Below, piece by piece: positions 12,349 to 23,420 of a stretch of 64,000 bases of DNA. This stretch comes from Tricharina praecox (taxonomy: Eukaryota): positions 434,001-498,000 of the forward strand of contig NW_026250403.1 of the NCBI RefSeq assembly GCF_024521635.1, in the 5' to 3' direction. The position numbers were made by a program, and so were the translations under genes. The notes under the pieces are model-generated. The model was not told the DNA's origin. It was given only the letters and a program-made list of their open reading frames with translations, and searched no databases. Numbering within the stretch: the stretch's first letter is position 1; the number at the start of each line of letters is the position of its first letter.

Positions 12349-13667
12349 ATGCGCGCTGTAGGTATGTATTTCTTTGAGTTCTATTTCTTTGGGATTTCCA
12401 GAAAGTGACGTGAACCCCAGATATCAAAAACGACGTCGGCGATGCCGATGCCCTCTTCATAAACGACGACGTTCCGACGCCAATTGCTCGGGAGGGCGAG
12501 CTGCTGGTTAGAGTCAGGGTAGGATGAGCTGTTCTGCTTCCAAGATTCATGTGCTGATTTAGGGGGAAGGCTTTTGGATTGAACCGCATGGGTAACTCAC
12601 CACACGACCCGCGGAATTTTAAAACATTCACCGACGCGATTCGCAGATCTCATGCAAAGGGAGGGGAGGTACATGCTTCCTCCCCAGGCACCCAAGACAC
12701 TCGGTGTCGAGTTCTCGGGAACTGTCGAGTCGCTTGGAGACGGGGTCACCGACTTCAAGGAGGGCGATGCAGTCTTCGGTCTCGCATATGGCGGTGTTTG
12801 TGTCCTTCTCTCCCGGCCCGTACTTTTCAAGCGCTGAGGACTGTATCAGGCCTATGCCGAGTTTATCAATGTCTCCGCGAAGATGTGCATCCACAAGCCG
12901 GATATCCTCTCGTGGGAGACAGCTGCTGGTATTCCCGAAACATGGATCACCGCCACCCAAGCCCTTTGGACTGTTGGTGGTTTCAAGGAGGGCGATAGGG
13001 TGAGCACGTCAGCCTGGCCATAGTCGGGGCGAAGCTGAAGAAGCAGGTTCTCATCCACGCTGGTGCGTCTGGTGTTGGCATTGCTGCCATGCAGCTTGCA
13101 CGAGCCCACGGCGCGGCTGCGGTCTACACTACAACCTCCAGCCAGGAGAAGATAAACTTCTGCACTGAAAACCTTGGGGCAACGGCTGGGTTCAACTATA
13201 AGACTCAGGATTTTGCTGAGGAGATCATGAAGGCCACGGACGGGAAGGGTGTGGATCTGATCATCGATCCAGTTGGGCAAACCCATCTCCAGAAGGACAT
13301 CAATTGCGCTTCTAGGGATGGCCGGATTGTGATTCTCGCCATGATGTCTGGTGCTATCGCCAAAGAGATCAACATCGCACCCATCCTGTTCAAGAGGTTG
13401 CGGATCGAGGGCACCACGCTCAGAAGTAGGGAGGTGGAGTACCAGCGGGTATTGAGAGACAAAGTCGTGGAGGAAGCGTTGCCTGGGCTCACCGATGGCG
13501 GTTTCAAAGTTTTTATCGAGAAAGTCTTCAGCTGGAAGGATGTAAGTACATCCCGTCACAACTTCTCGATTCCCGGCGAGGTCGCTGACAGCTACAAGAT
13601 TAGGGATGCGCACAAGTTGATGGAGAGCAACCAAACGCAGGGGAAGATCATCTGTCTTGTCGATTAG
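12349..13667 (+). CDS. NADPH:quinone oxidoreductase, PIG3/zeta-crystallin (MDR) family
   Basis: Spliced MRAVDIKND...AFGLNRMDLMQREGRY...LGVEFSG...AAGIPETWITATQAL...VLIHAGASGVGIAAMQLA...AHKLMESNQTQGKII; 6 introns. Confidence 0.9.
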
Positions 13668-14213
13668 GCCGTGGCAGTTAGATGATATATACGAGCATCT
13701 TTCAGCCTATTTACTGCACTTGATAGGATATTATACTTCCATGATGTCGGAGTGTGATCGTGGGCTTGTCTCACACCAGACCCTCGCTTTACTCATCGTC
13801 ACTCGCTGTGCAGAACCGCGAACATCCAAGGCACGGCGCGGCTGGTACGAGACAAATATTGGGCGAATACTAATAGGTATGTGCGATGCGGCTCCAAAAC
13901 ACCGCCACACGCCACGCCGCACCCCACGTTAAGCCCCAAAGTAGGGTATTGGGATTTATACCCTTTCACAACTCATCACTCTCGATGTTTTCGAGAGAAT
14001 CCACACTAGCGTCAACGTTCATCACCTCCCGGACTTCCTACAAAACCCATCTCTCGATATTCCTACAACCTCCCTCAACTTTAGCCTGCAACATTTCCCT
14101 AATTCCTCGACAGATCGACCCCTCCACCGACAAACTCAAGACATTCCTTCACCCACTACATAGACATCCTCTCTAGTAATACCTAATACGGACAACAACC
14201 AGCTCCAATCCAG

Positions 14214-14362
14214 CAGGTTTTCCTTGACCGACAGTCGCCCTTCCAACAACTTTCCCTTTACCGACCGTCTTCGAAAGTCACTCTCTCAGCTCCGATCCAG
14301 CAGCTTTCCCTTTACCGACCGTCGCCCTCCCAACAACTTTCCCTTTACCGATCATCTTCGAC
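14214..14362 (+). repeat. Degenerate direct repeats with core TTTCCCTTTACCGACCGTC (about 4 copies)
   Basis: Core visible at about 14219, 14251, 14305 and 14338; translated as repeated FPFTDR. Confidence 0.75.
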
Positions 14363-14421
14363 AAGTCCCAACCAACTCTCCCCTCCTCCAAATTTCTCAT
14401 TACTATCAACAAGTCGACAAC

Positions 14422-15207
14422 ATGCCTACAATGCCTACTCCTTTGACTAGCCGGGTCTTTGGACTTAAGAGGAATCGGCGCCTGCTAGCCAATTCCCCGA
14501 AGGTCATCTCAAAGAGGCCTTCTGGTCCGAAGCACATCTACAGACATGGAGTGAAGTTAACTCTCATCGAAGCTGTCGAGATGGGTACCACGAGAATTTA
14601 CATGAAGCCGGGAGCTGGATATCTAGAACTTCCTAAGAAGGAACAGATTGCTTTGTTCCCTCTCCAGAGAAAGTTCGATCAAGGAAACTCGATGGTCCCT
14701 ACCAACTACGAAGTTGTTCGGAGAGACAACAACCAGGTCGAGAATGGAGATCTAATGATCAACATTCGGCATGTCACCCGTGCTCCGGGAAAGGAGAATG
14801 CGTCGTTTTTGCCTGCGTTACGTCTCCAGGACGCTTCCACTACATTCAAGTTGCGCTTTACCGCCTCGACATGGGATGCGGACAACTTCGATATCGACCG
14901 TTTTGACTTTGCTAACGGAGGCAAGCTCGTGGGAGGTGAGATGGTAGAGTGCAACGAATCTTGTCTCTGCAAGAATAAGTGCCACTGTGCGAACCCTCAG
15001 TGGATTGAGACTCGTCTTAACTGCGATGGGACACTCAAACAATATCTTCACCATGGAGATTTCGACGACGAAGCTGCGATCCATAAATCGCACAACCACA
15101 ACATTTTTCTACGACCTTGTGGAGTCTCGACCTGCACTAGGTGCGAGGCTAATGTGTTAGACAACACCTCTCAATTCCCGTTGGATGATTCTGATTTGAT
15201 ATTCTAG
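14422..15207 (+). CDS. Orphan hypothetical protein with Cys/His-rich C-terminal region
   Basis: Uninterrupted ORF (open from 14224, first ATG 14422), basic N-terminus, ECNESCLCKNKCHCAN and HNHNIFLRPCGVSTCTRC clusters; no family recognised. Confidence 0.5.
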   Translation: MPTMPTPLTSRVFGLKRNRRLLANSPKVISKRPSGPKHIYRHGVKLTLIEAVEMGTTRIYMKPGAGYLELPKKEQIALFPLQRKFDQGNSMVPTNYEVVRRDNNQVENGDLMINIRHVTRAPGKENASFLPALRLQDASTTFKLRFTASTWDADNFDIDRFDFANGGKLVGGEMVECNESCLCKNKCHCANPQWIETRLNCDGTLKQYLHHGDFDDEAAIHKSHNHNIFLRPCGVSTCTRCEANVLDNTSQFPLDDSDLIF

Positions 15208-17071
15208 ACTTTCGAGGTTAGTCTTCCCCTCGTGTCTTGTTACTCATGATCATCTACTAATCTATACAGAATGACCACCGAAACCGACATAACGATCGAC
15301 TGACTACGGCTTTCGACGTTTCAACTTTGCGCTTTTCTTTCGACACCATTTCCACTTTGCCTTTTTTTCTTTTTCTTGGCCAACCTACGAAGCTTCGTCA
15401 ACTCAACATGATGGTCTGCGGCACGATTACCATCTCCGACAACTTCCGAGTTTCAGTGACGGCCATTTACAACCTTTTAATACCTTCGACACCTTACTGC
15501 CCTAATACTCCTTCCGTTCCGCATTTCGGTTTTTTTTCTTCCACGGTCGATTTTCTTTTCGACTTTTCTCGGCGTCTTTTTACGACCTACGACTTTCTTA
15601 CGACGCACGCCGATAGCCTCAACTAGGGCTTTTTTTTTACGACGACGACTTTTTCGGAATCCTCTTGCATGTCTAACGACGCAAACGCCTGGTCTTATGG
15701 AGAGTTCTGGGTGCTTCTGATTTCCACTTTCTTGTTTCTGGTCATTCGTGTTAGCTTAGTGATTTTCTACATCTTACCAGGGCATGTCTGTACGGTTGCG
15801 GTGGTGGTGGAGGAAGTGTTTGCGCTGATTCAATGGCATATGGTTTCTGGATTTTCGTTTTTTTTCTTTTTTTTTGCGTTTATTTTGGTCTTTTGGGGCC
15901 TTTTGGTTCTTATTTCTGGAGTTTTGGGTCTTTGGGTTTATTTTGGGTGCTGTGAGCGAGTGAGTAAGGTGTATGGTGTTTATGGTTGCTTTTTGAGGGC
16001 GTAATGGTGTACGGAGTATATAGATGGCTGCTTATATGGTCGGGTCTCGAGTGGATGGGGAGTTCAAGGAGCATCACGGTATAGGTATATGGTGGTATGG
16101 ATGGGGAGTTCGAGGAGTATCACGGTATGTATACGGTGCTGTGGAGGCAATGGTTGATTTTTAGGCGTTACAGGATTGGTTATATTGATTGTATGACTAG
16201 AAGTATGTACATAATAGTATAGAATTTGGTGTGAACGGGGGCTCAACGGGGGGCATCGCCGCGCAACCAGTGAAGGACATTATAATTAAGCCTGTTGAAG
16301 TGGTGATTTCTTTCCCCGTGCGCCCTACAGCTTGTCCACCTTGCTACCATCCATTGCACCCCCGCCGTCTCCGCCTCCCACTCACCTATGCGAGATTCAT
16401 TGGAGATAGCCCGAACTGGTGGGAAGCCAATCTACCTACCGGACGCCGTGTGGAGGCGACACGGTTCTGCTCTCGTACATACGGTGGTGAAACTCCGGTC
16501 CGTCAGCTTCGATGCATGATCCGGTAGCCACTCGCTTAGTTAACCAGCCACGGTCCGCTATTCAGCCACGGTTACAGTAGGATTCACGGTTCCTTGCTTG
16601 AACAGCTCCTCCTCACAGGCTCAGCCGCGCCCCCGGAAGAACTCTGTTCTTGATTGTTAGTCCCTAGACTTTCGTTTGGATAAGAACTTTCGGCGATTGC
16701 TTGAATTGACGACAACAGCAATTTGCAATATAAAAAATCCTCATCCCCATCACCCTACTTCCTATCAGAATCCATCCCCGCAGATAACCACCCGCTTCAT
16801 CTAGACTCCCCCGCGAATCGCTCGATCTGTCGGACCCCACTGAAAGTCGCGTTGGATGGAACCTGAAGAGCCGCTCTTTTTCGTTCGACCTCGGTGTTCT
16901 CCAACGCAGTTCTCTTCCGCAACAACAGCACCCATCTCCCCAGTCGCAGCATCGCCGCTCTTCCGCCGCCGGTCTACTTGAGGATTTTAACACCTCGGAT
17001 ATCCGACAGCCCTAATTCCAACCCCTTTGCACCTCCCCTCCCCCCCAGAAACCAAACGCAACCCAATCGTC

Positions 17072-18561
17072 ATGAGCCTCGACGGGAAATCCCCCACGAA
17101 GAGCGGGGAGTCGGCAACCACCTCTACCTTGGCGGATAATGCTCCGTCGAACCAGGTACTTGCAAAACTTCTTGCGTTGCTGGAATTGGGGTCGGCAATT
17201 CGTGGTTGCTGACTGACCTTCCTGGGTTCGTCGCGGTGTTAGTCCTCCGCCGCCGTGAAAGCTCAGCTCCCCGCCCCAATGGGCTCCTCCGCCGCCATCT
17301 ATCCGCCGCCGCCGACGACCCCAAGTTCCATGAACGTGGTTAAGCACTACCTCAAGCAACCACTGACGGCCTCTTTCATTGCCGGAGGTGTCGCCGGAGC
17401 CGTGAGTCGTACGGTGGTGAGTCCATTAGAGCGATTAAAGATCATCTTCCAAGTGCAAGGACCCGGCAATTCTTCTTACCAGGGAGTCGGCCCAGCATTG
17501 CGAAAGATCTGGATGGAGGAGGGATGGAGGGGTCTTATGAGGTGTGCCCTCTAGCCTTGATTTTACGCGGTTGCCCTCGGATCGGCGAGAGGAGGAGTTT
17601 TGAGAACAGGTCTTATTTGCTGGGACGAGGGGTTACGTGTGAGCAACTAGAAGCTAATGTGTGATGATTCTACGTCTAGGGGTAATGGCACGAATTGCAT
17701 CCGAATTGTCCCATACTCGGCCGTGCAATTCTCAAGCTACACCATCTACAAGAAGGTCAAACGAAAGCCCACAATCCCGCATCCCCCGACATACCCACGC
17801 TGACTCCGCCGTCCAGATGCTTGCCGGAGAAAGTAGCGATATGGGCACTCTTCGAAGGTTGTGTGCGGGAGCTATGGCAGGAGTAACATCCGTTGGCACG
17901 TCTATCTTCGTTTCGGGAGAGAGAGCTTGAGGAGTGGCTGCTAATGGCATACACACAGTTGCAACTTATCCACTAGATATCGTCCGGACCCGTCTGTCCA
18001 TTCAGTCGGCGTCGTTCGAAACATTGGGCAAGCGACATGTGAAGCTTCCGGGAATGTTCGCCACCATGGGGACCATGTATAGGACCGAAGGTGGCATGGT
18101 CGCGCTCTACCGTGGACTCGGCCCGACACTTGCTGGCGTGGCACCGTACGTCGGAATCAACTTTGCTACCTACGAAGCCATGAGGAAATTCATGACGCCG
18201 GAAGGCGCCGAAAACCCGTCGGCCATTGGAAAATTGGTTGCTGGAGGAGTCAGCGGAGCCGTTGCACAGAGTATCACATACCCTTTTGAGTGGGTACCCT
18301 GTGACTGCCGGTGGTGCCAGCCGACTGACTCTGGATAGTGTTTTGCGACGACGGTTCCAGGTCAACACAATGAACGGCATCGGATACAAGTACAAGGGTC
18401 TGGGGGATGCCATTACAATCATCCTCAAGGCCGAGGGAATCCGGGGTCTCTACAAGGGCTTGCTCCCCAACCTCTTAAAAGTGGCGCCGAGCATTGGCAG
18501 TAGCTTCCTGAGTTATGAAATCACCAGAGACCTGCTCACGGGTCTGGTCGGTGGCATATGA
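17072..18561 (+). CDS. Mitochondrial carrier (SLC25; YPR011C / SLC25A42-like subgroup)
   Basis: Three carrier repeats: SRTVVSPLERLKI, TYPLDIVRTRL, TYPFDVLRRRFQ; GNGTNCIRIVPYSAVQF; 5 introns, one GC-AG (17896-17958). Confidence 0.9.
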
Positions 18562-19539
18562 CGGGTTCCTGCTACTCGAAATGACCGGGCACAATACTAC
18601 AGCTTTCCTTGTTCTTTCTTTTTCATGGTTGGATAGAGGCGCGCGGGGGAGAAACGGATCACCCAGCCGAGGGGGATGGCACATGGCTGCAGTGTAAAGA
18701 TGGGTTTGGTGAACGTCCACAGATAGTTTGCATTTTTAAATACGCCGTTTTCATGACTTTTTACAGTGTTTATCTTTTTTAGTTCATGCATCTCTTGCTT
18801 ATAAATGTATTTATTGATTCCCCCATATTGTGTTGCAGAATAGTGTTAGCGAGCGGACGATATTATCGCAGCTTGATGAGGCTTCTTTGTTCTTGTTCTT
18901 TCTTTCTTTCTTTCTTTCTTTTTAGGTTTCGCATATTTGGTATATGTTGGGGCAGAGAGAGTCGATCTGATCGGAAGTAGCAAATCTAGACGGAATATCT
19001 TCAACTTTGCCTGATTCAAACTGTCAGAGACGTGGTGGTGATGTTTCGAAGGTCATCTGCAGTGACCCAGTATGACTGGCCTGGTTACAAGGAAGGTGCC
19101 TGGAGTTTGGATGTGATGTGGGCGCACCACCGGGAGTTTATCTACGTTACATGGGCTGCAGGTTGTCCACCGGTGCCTTAGCTCCTGTATCCGATCCCCT
19201 CCTCATCCCCCACCTTACAAACCAAACCCCCGCTCCGAGCTCTTCTCGTGGATCCTCCCTCTGCTTAGATATCTTGCTACAACGGGTTCTTCTCTTTTGC
19301 TCTCACCAGTGAACTCCAGCCATCGCTCTCCTATCTCGGCCCACCTACGTACATACTTCTTGCCAGAGTTCGAAACTACTACCTACCTACTCGATCTACG
19401 TAGTTCGCTTGTCAGATCCAAGTGCAACTCGAAGCTCAGGTATATACGACCCAGGGTCCGGCGCAATAGAGGCAGCCACAAACCCCCATGACTTCAACCA
19501 GCCAGCTAACCAGGCATACAGACAGACCAGACCGCCATC

Positions 19540-21804
19540 ATGTCCGTGAAGTTCGCGCCGTTCGAGTCGGCGATCGACCTACCATTCTACTACTCCCTTG
19601 CATCGCATAAGATAGACCACGACAAGCTGGATGACTCACCACGCCGGGTGCTGGGACAATATGCTCCTTGGGAGAAACAACGGATGCAGATCCAGGGAGA
19701 TGCCCTTGAGGTGGATGAGTACGTTATCTACCTGATGCGAGGGGGAAAGGGGCCGAGGGGCGAGGAATGTGGTTTCTAACAGCTGTGCGCAGTGTTCCGA
19801 CGGGCATGTGTAGAGCGGAGGGCATGATCAAGAACTTCAATACCATCGAGGAGTTCAAGAAGGCCGACCGCCCAGCGATGCTGAAGAAGTCGGCGACTAC
19901 GGTATGGGATACGTCTACCCTTTGCACTCTCGCGGGGTTGCTGATGATGATGGGGTTAGCTCTGGGAGGCGATACTCGACGGTACAATCTATGAGTGTCC
20001 ATCGTTCCTCGCTTCGTTCCTCGTCTTGTCGTATGCGGACCTCAAGAAGTACAAGTTCCATCACCTATTCGCATTCCCGGCCTTCGTCTCGTCGCCGACA
20101 TGGTCCATGTCCGGTCCAATCTCGCGCTTCGACGCGCAACAGACTGGTATACTTGTCGAGGCGGTCACTACGTGGCGATACCGCAGCGACTCGCGACAGC
20201 GGGGATTCTTCCTGGTCAAGCGTGTGGCTGGAGAGTTCGTGATCGGTGCGTTGGGAGAGTTTGACCGGGGCTTCTTTGAAGATGTGGACCCGCTCGATCG
20301 TTTTGCGGCCTTTGTTGATCCGAGTGAATATGAGGATAACCCTGGGTGGCCCCTGAGGAACCTGTTGGTGCTTGTACGCAAGCGGTGGGGCTGGAGGGAA
20401 GTTAAGGTTCTCTGCTTCCGTGATTCCCACGCGGGACGATCTCAGCCACGAAGCTTGATTTTGGATTTGAAACTAGACGGTGATGACATCGAACAGTTGT
20501 CTCTAAGCGACGAGATCCCTAAGGTCGTCGGGTGGGAGAAGAATGAGGACAACCAGATCCGCCCTAGGATTGCAAATCTCAGCGCACAGATGGACCCAAA
20601 GATTCAAGCCGATATGAGCGTCGATCTCAACTTGAAGCTGATGAAGTGGAGGGTTGCGCCAAACCTCGACCTCAAGAAGATCAAGGACACCAAGTGTTTG
20701 CTCTTGGGTGCGGGTACACTGGGATCCTACGTCGCCCGTGTTCTGATGGGATGGGGAGTAAAGACGATCTCGTTCGTGGACTCCGGAACGGTGTCGTTTT
20801 CCAACCCGGTTCGACAACCTCTGTTTACCTTCCAAGACTGCATCGGTGGCAAAACAATGAAAGCTACAGCCGCTGCCCAAGCATTGAAAGATATCTATCC
20901 AGGGGTCAACGCCACTGGCTACGACATGACTGTGCCTATGGCTGCGCATCCTTTCAGCGAAGCACAGGAGCCCGTGGTGAAGCGCGATTACGAGAAGCTG
21001 AAGGAGCTCTTTACGACGCATGATGCCATCTTTCTACTGATGGATACTAGGGAGAGCAGATGGCTACCGACTGTCATAGGGAAGAGCATGGGAAAGATCG
21101 TTATGAATGCTGCACTGGGGTTCGACACCTATGTGGTGATGAGGCATGGTGTCAAGCCAGCCAAGTTTGAGGCTGCCGTAAAACAGAATGGGGAGAAGGT
21201 AGAGAAGGGCGTCGAGCTTGGTTGTTACTACTGCAACGATGTTGTGGTTCCTGGAGATGTCGGTTTTCCCCGGCCCCATAATCTTACCCTGGCAAATGCT
21301 GATTGACTGGGTGACAGAGCTTAACTGGAGCCACACTCGACCAGCAATGCACCGTTACTCGACCAGGTGTTGCGCCTCTTGCGAGTGCTTATTTGGCCGA
21401 ACTGCTTGTGTCGGTTGTGCAGCATCCTCTTGGGTTCGTAGTCCTTGCTGGAGCACCGCGATCGCTCGCTGACAAATTTTAGACCTGCCGCACCCGCACC
21501 AGCTAACACCCACGATGCCGACCGCGGTTCTCACCCTCTCGGGCACGTACCCCACACCCTGCGCGGAATACTCCATAGCTTCGGCAACATCAATGTCCGA
21601 GGCTTTGCCTACGATTGCTGCTCCGCATGCTCGGACAAGATCGTCAACGCTTACGAAGAGGGCGGATGGGATTTCGTCAAGCGTGCGTTGTGCGAGCGTG
21701 GCTACGTAGATGAAGTGAGCGGACTCGCCGAGGTTCAACGGCTCGCTGAGGCTGCCGAAGCTGCCGGCTGGGGAAGTGAGGACGATGATGAGAATTCCAT
21801 GTAG
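19540..21804 (+). CDS. ATG7: Autophagy E1-like activating enzyme Atg7
   Basis: [59 protein letters not shown], catalytic [12 protein letters not shown]; 4 coding introns plus a probable 5'-UTR intron (about 19440-19521). Confidence 0.97.
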
Positions 21805-22437
21805 ATTTGTTCAGCTGTGATTGGGGCTGGGAGTATGGAGTTTTGGAGAGCCTTTTTCTATTCAGCTTTGATTAAGTTTTTCTTTTGTTTATTATAGTAA
21901 TCGAGGCAGTTGGGTTGTTTAGTTGGTTATTCGGTATTTGGGTTGGCTCTGATCAGTGACGGGTTGACGTTGGGGGTCATGTACTTTATGATAACCACCA
22001 CTTTGCTTCTACCGAGTACTTATGCTACATATTCTGACGACTGATGAGTCGTTAACTGGTGGTCTGTTTACGACCGCTTTCGTTTGGTAGCAGCTTGGAG
22101 TAAAGAGGCGATGCTTGGGTGTATTCATTCCGCCCGTTTATATGTAAGTTCACGACAACCGATGGTGTTCAGTCACAAGGTTATCTGCTCCCGGACAGGT
22201 GACCATAATCAGTCCGGACTGCGGAGTATCGCTGTGCCGGAAATAGCCGGTCTTCTCTCGAGGATAAGACGGCCGGCCCATGAGTCATGAGGCAGGCCGG
22301 CTCAGAGTAACGGGGCCATGTCCATTCCACCCAAACCCTTAAATCCGAGGAGACGAGTGAGCGCGGAGATACTGGCCCGAGTAGCCGGTAACTACCGCGC
22401 TTGGCGAAGGGATGTTCTCGGCCATGCAGTTTTTCAA

Positions 22438-22446
22438 ATCAGATAA
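22438..22446 (+). promoter_or_regulatory. SreA/Fep1-type iron-responsive GATA element ATCAGATAA upstream of ISU1
   Basis: Exact match to the ATCWGATAA consensus; further GATAA cores at 22181-22186 (reverse), 22263-22268 and 22471-22476 (reverse). Confidence 0.5.
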
Positions 22447-22792
22447 TTGAAGGGCGACTAGCGTCCTGCATTATCTTGCCTCCATCTTTCTGGCTCTTCC
22501 CTTCCACCCCACACCTCCATCATCGATCACCGTCATAGAACCCAACTTTTGCTTGCTTGGTGAGTTAACTTTCCTTACCCGATCGTAGTTTTGCCACACC
22601 CACCCCACACCCCCAGTTTCAGTTCTCCGTGTATATCAATCCGTCGCTCGCCCCGCCTTACGTTTCTAACTTTGTTGTCGACATATCAGATCCTACATCA
22701 TCAACCACCACCACCATCACCACCACCGCCACCACCACCAAAACTACAAACAGCCACCGAAACTCCAAATCACCAAACTACAAATACACGAA

Positions 22793-23420
22793 ATGTTCCG
22801 TCGGATCATCACCGCCGCCGCCCCGGCCGCCCGTCGTGTCGCTGTCCTCCCGCGCGCCACCCCCGTCATCAATGCCCGTCGTGGCTACCACGAGAAAGAT
22901 ATGTCTTCCATTCCTGCGTAATCCTTCATGCAATTTCTCTGGTGCTGACGGCGCAGAACTGCTCGACCACTACTCGAACCCTCGCAACGTCGGCTCGATG
23001 AACAAGGGCGACCTTGACGTCGGCACCGGACTCGTCGGCGCTCCCGCCTGTGAGTATAATATTCCGCACATCCATTGCTCCTCCCCGCTGCTGCACCTGC
23101 TAACACATTTCTTTCCAGGTGGCGACGTGATGAAGCTACAGATCCGTGTCGACAAGACGACCAACACGATCTCGGACGTGAAATTCAAGACGTTCGGCTG
23201 CGGCTCGGCCATCGCCAGCTCGTCGTACCTGACGGAGCTGGTTCGCGGCATGTCCCTCGACGAGGCCGGAAAGATCAAGAACACAGAGATCGCCAAGGAA
23301 CTGTGCCTGCCCCCCGTAAAGCTCCACTGCTCAATGCTCGCTGAGGACGCTATCAAGAGCGCCATCCGCGATTACCAGAGCAAGTCGAAGCGCGCCCCGA
23401 CAATGGGCGAGAAGTTGTAA
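22793..23420 (+). CDS. ISU1: Mitochondrial Fe-S cluster scaffold protein IscU
   Basis: Arg-rich presequence, YHEK-VLDHYSNPRNVG, GAPACGDVMKLQI, FKTFGCGSAIASSS, LCLPPVKLHCSMLAEDAI; intron 1 non-canonical (22899-22959), intron 2 GT-AG; 5'-UTR intron about 22560-22689. Confidence 0.97.

Noticed and set aside
13542-13598. Apparent peptide insertions in ORF-track proteins (here, and in the FAD oxidoreductase near 7360-7420)
   Set aside because: These are ordinary stop-free introns of 3n length with good donor, branch and acceptor signals
22899-22959. Interpretation as a U12 (minor spliceosome) intron
   Set aside because: The donor is ATATGT rather than ATATCC, and the branch site is GCTGAC rather than TCCTTAAC; the signals are U2-type
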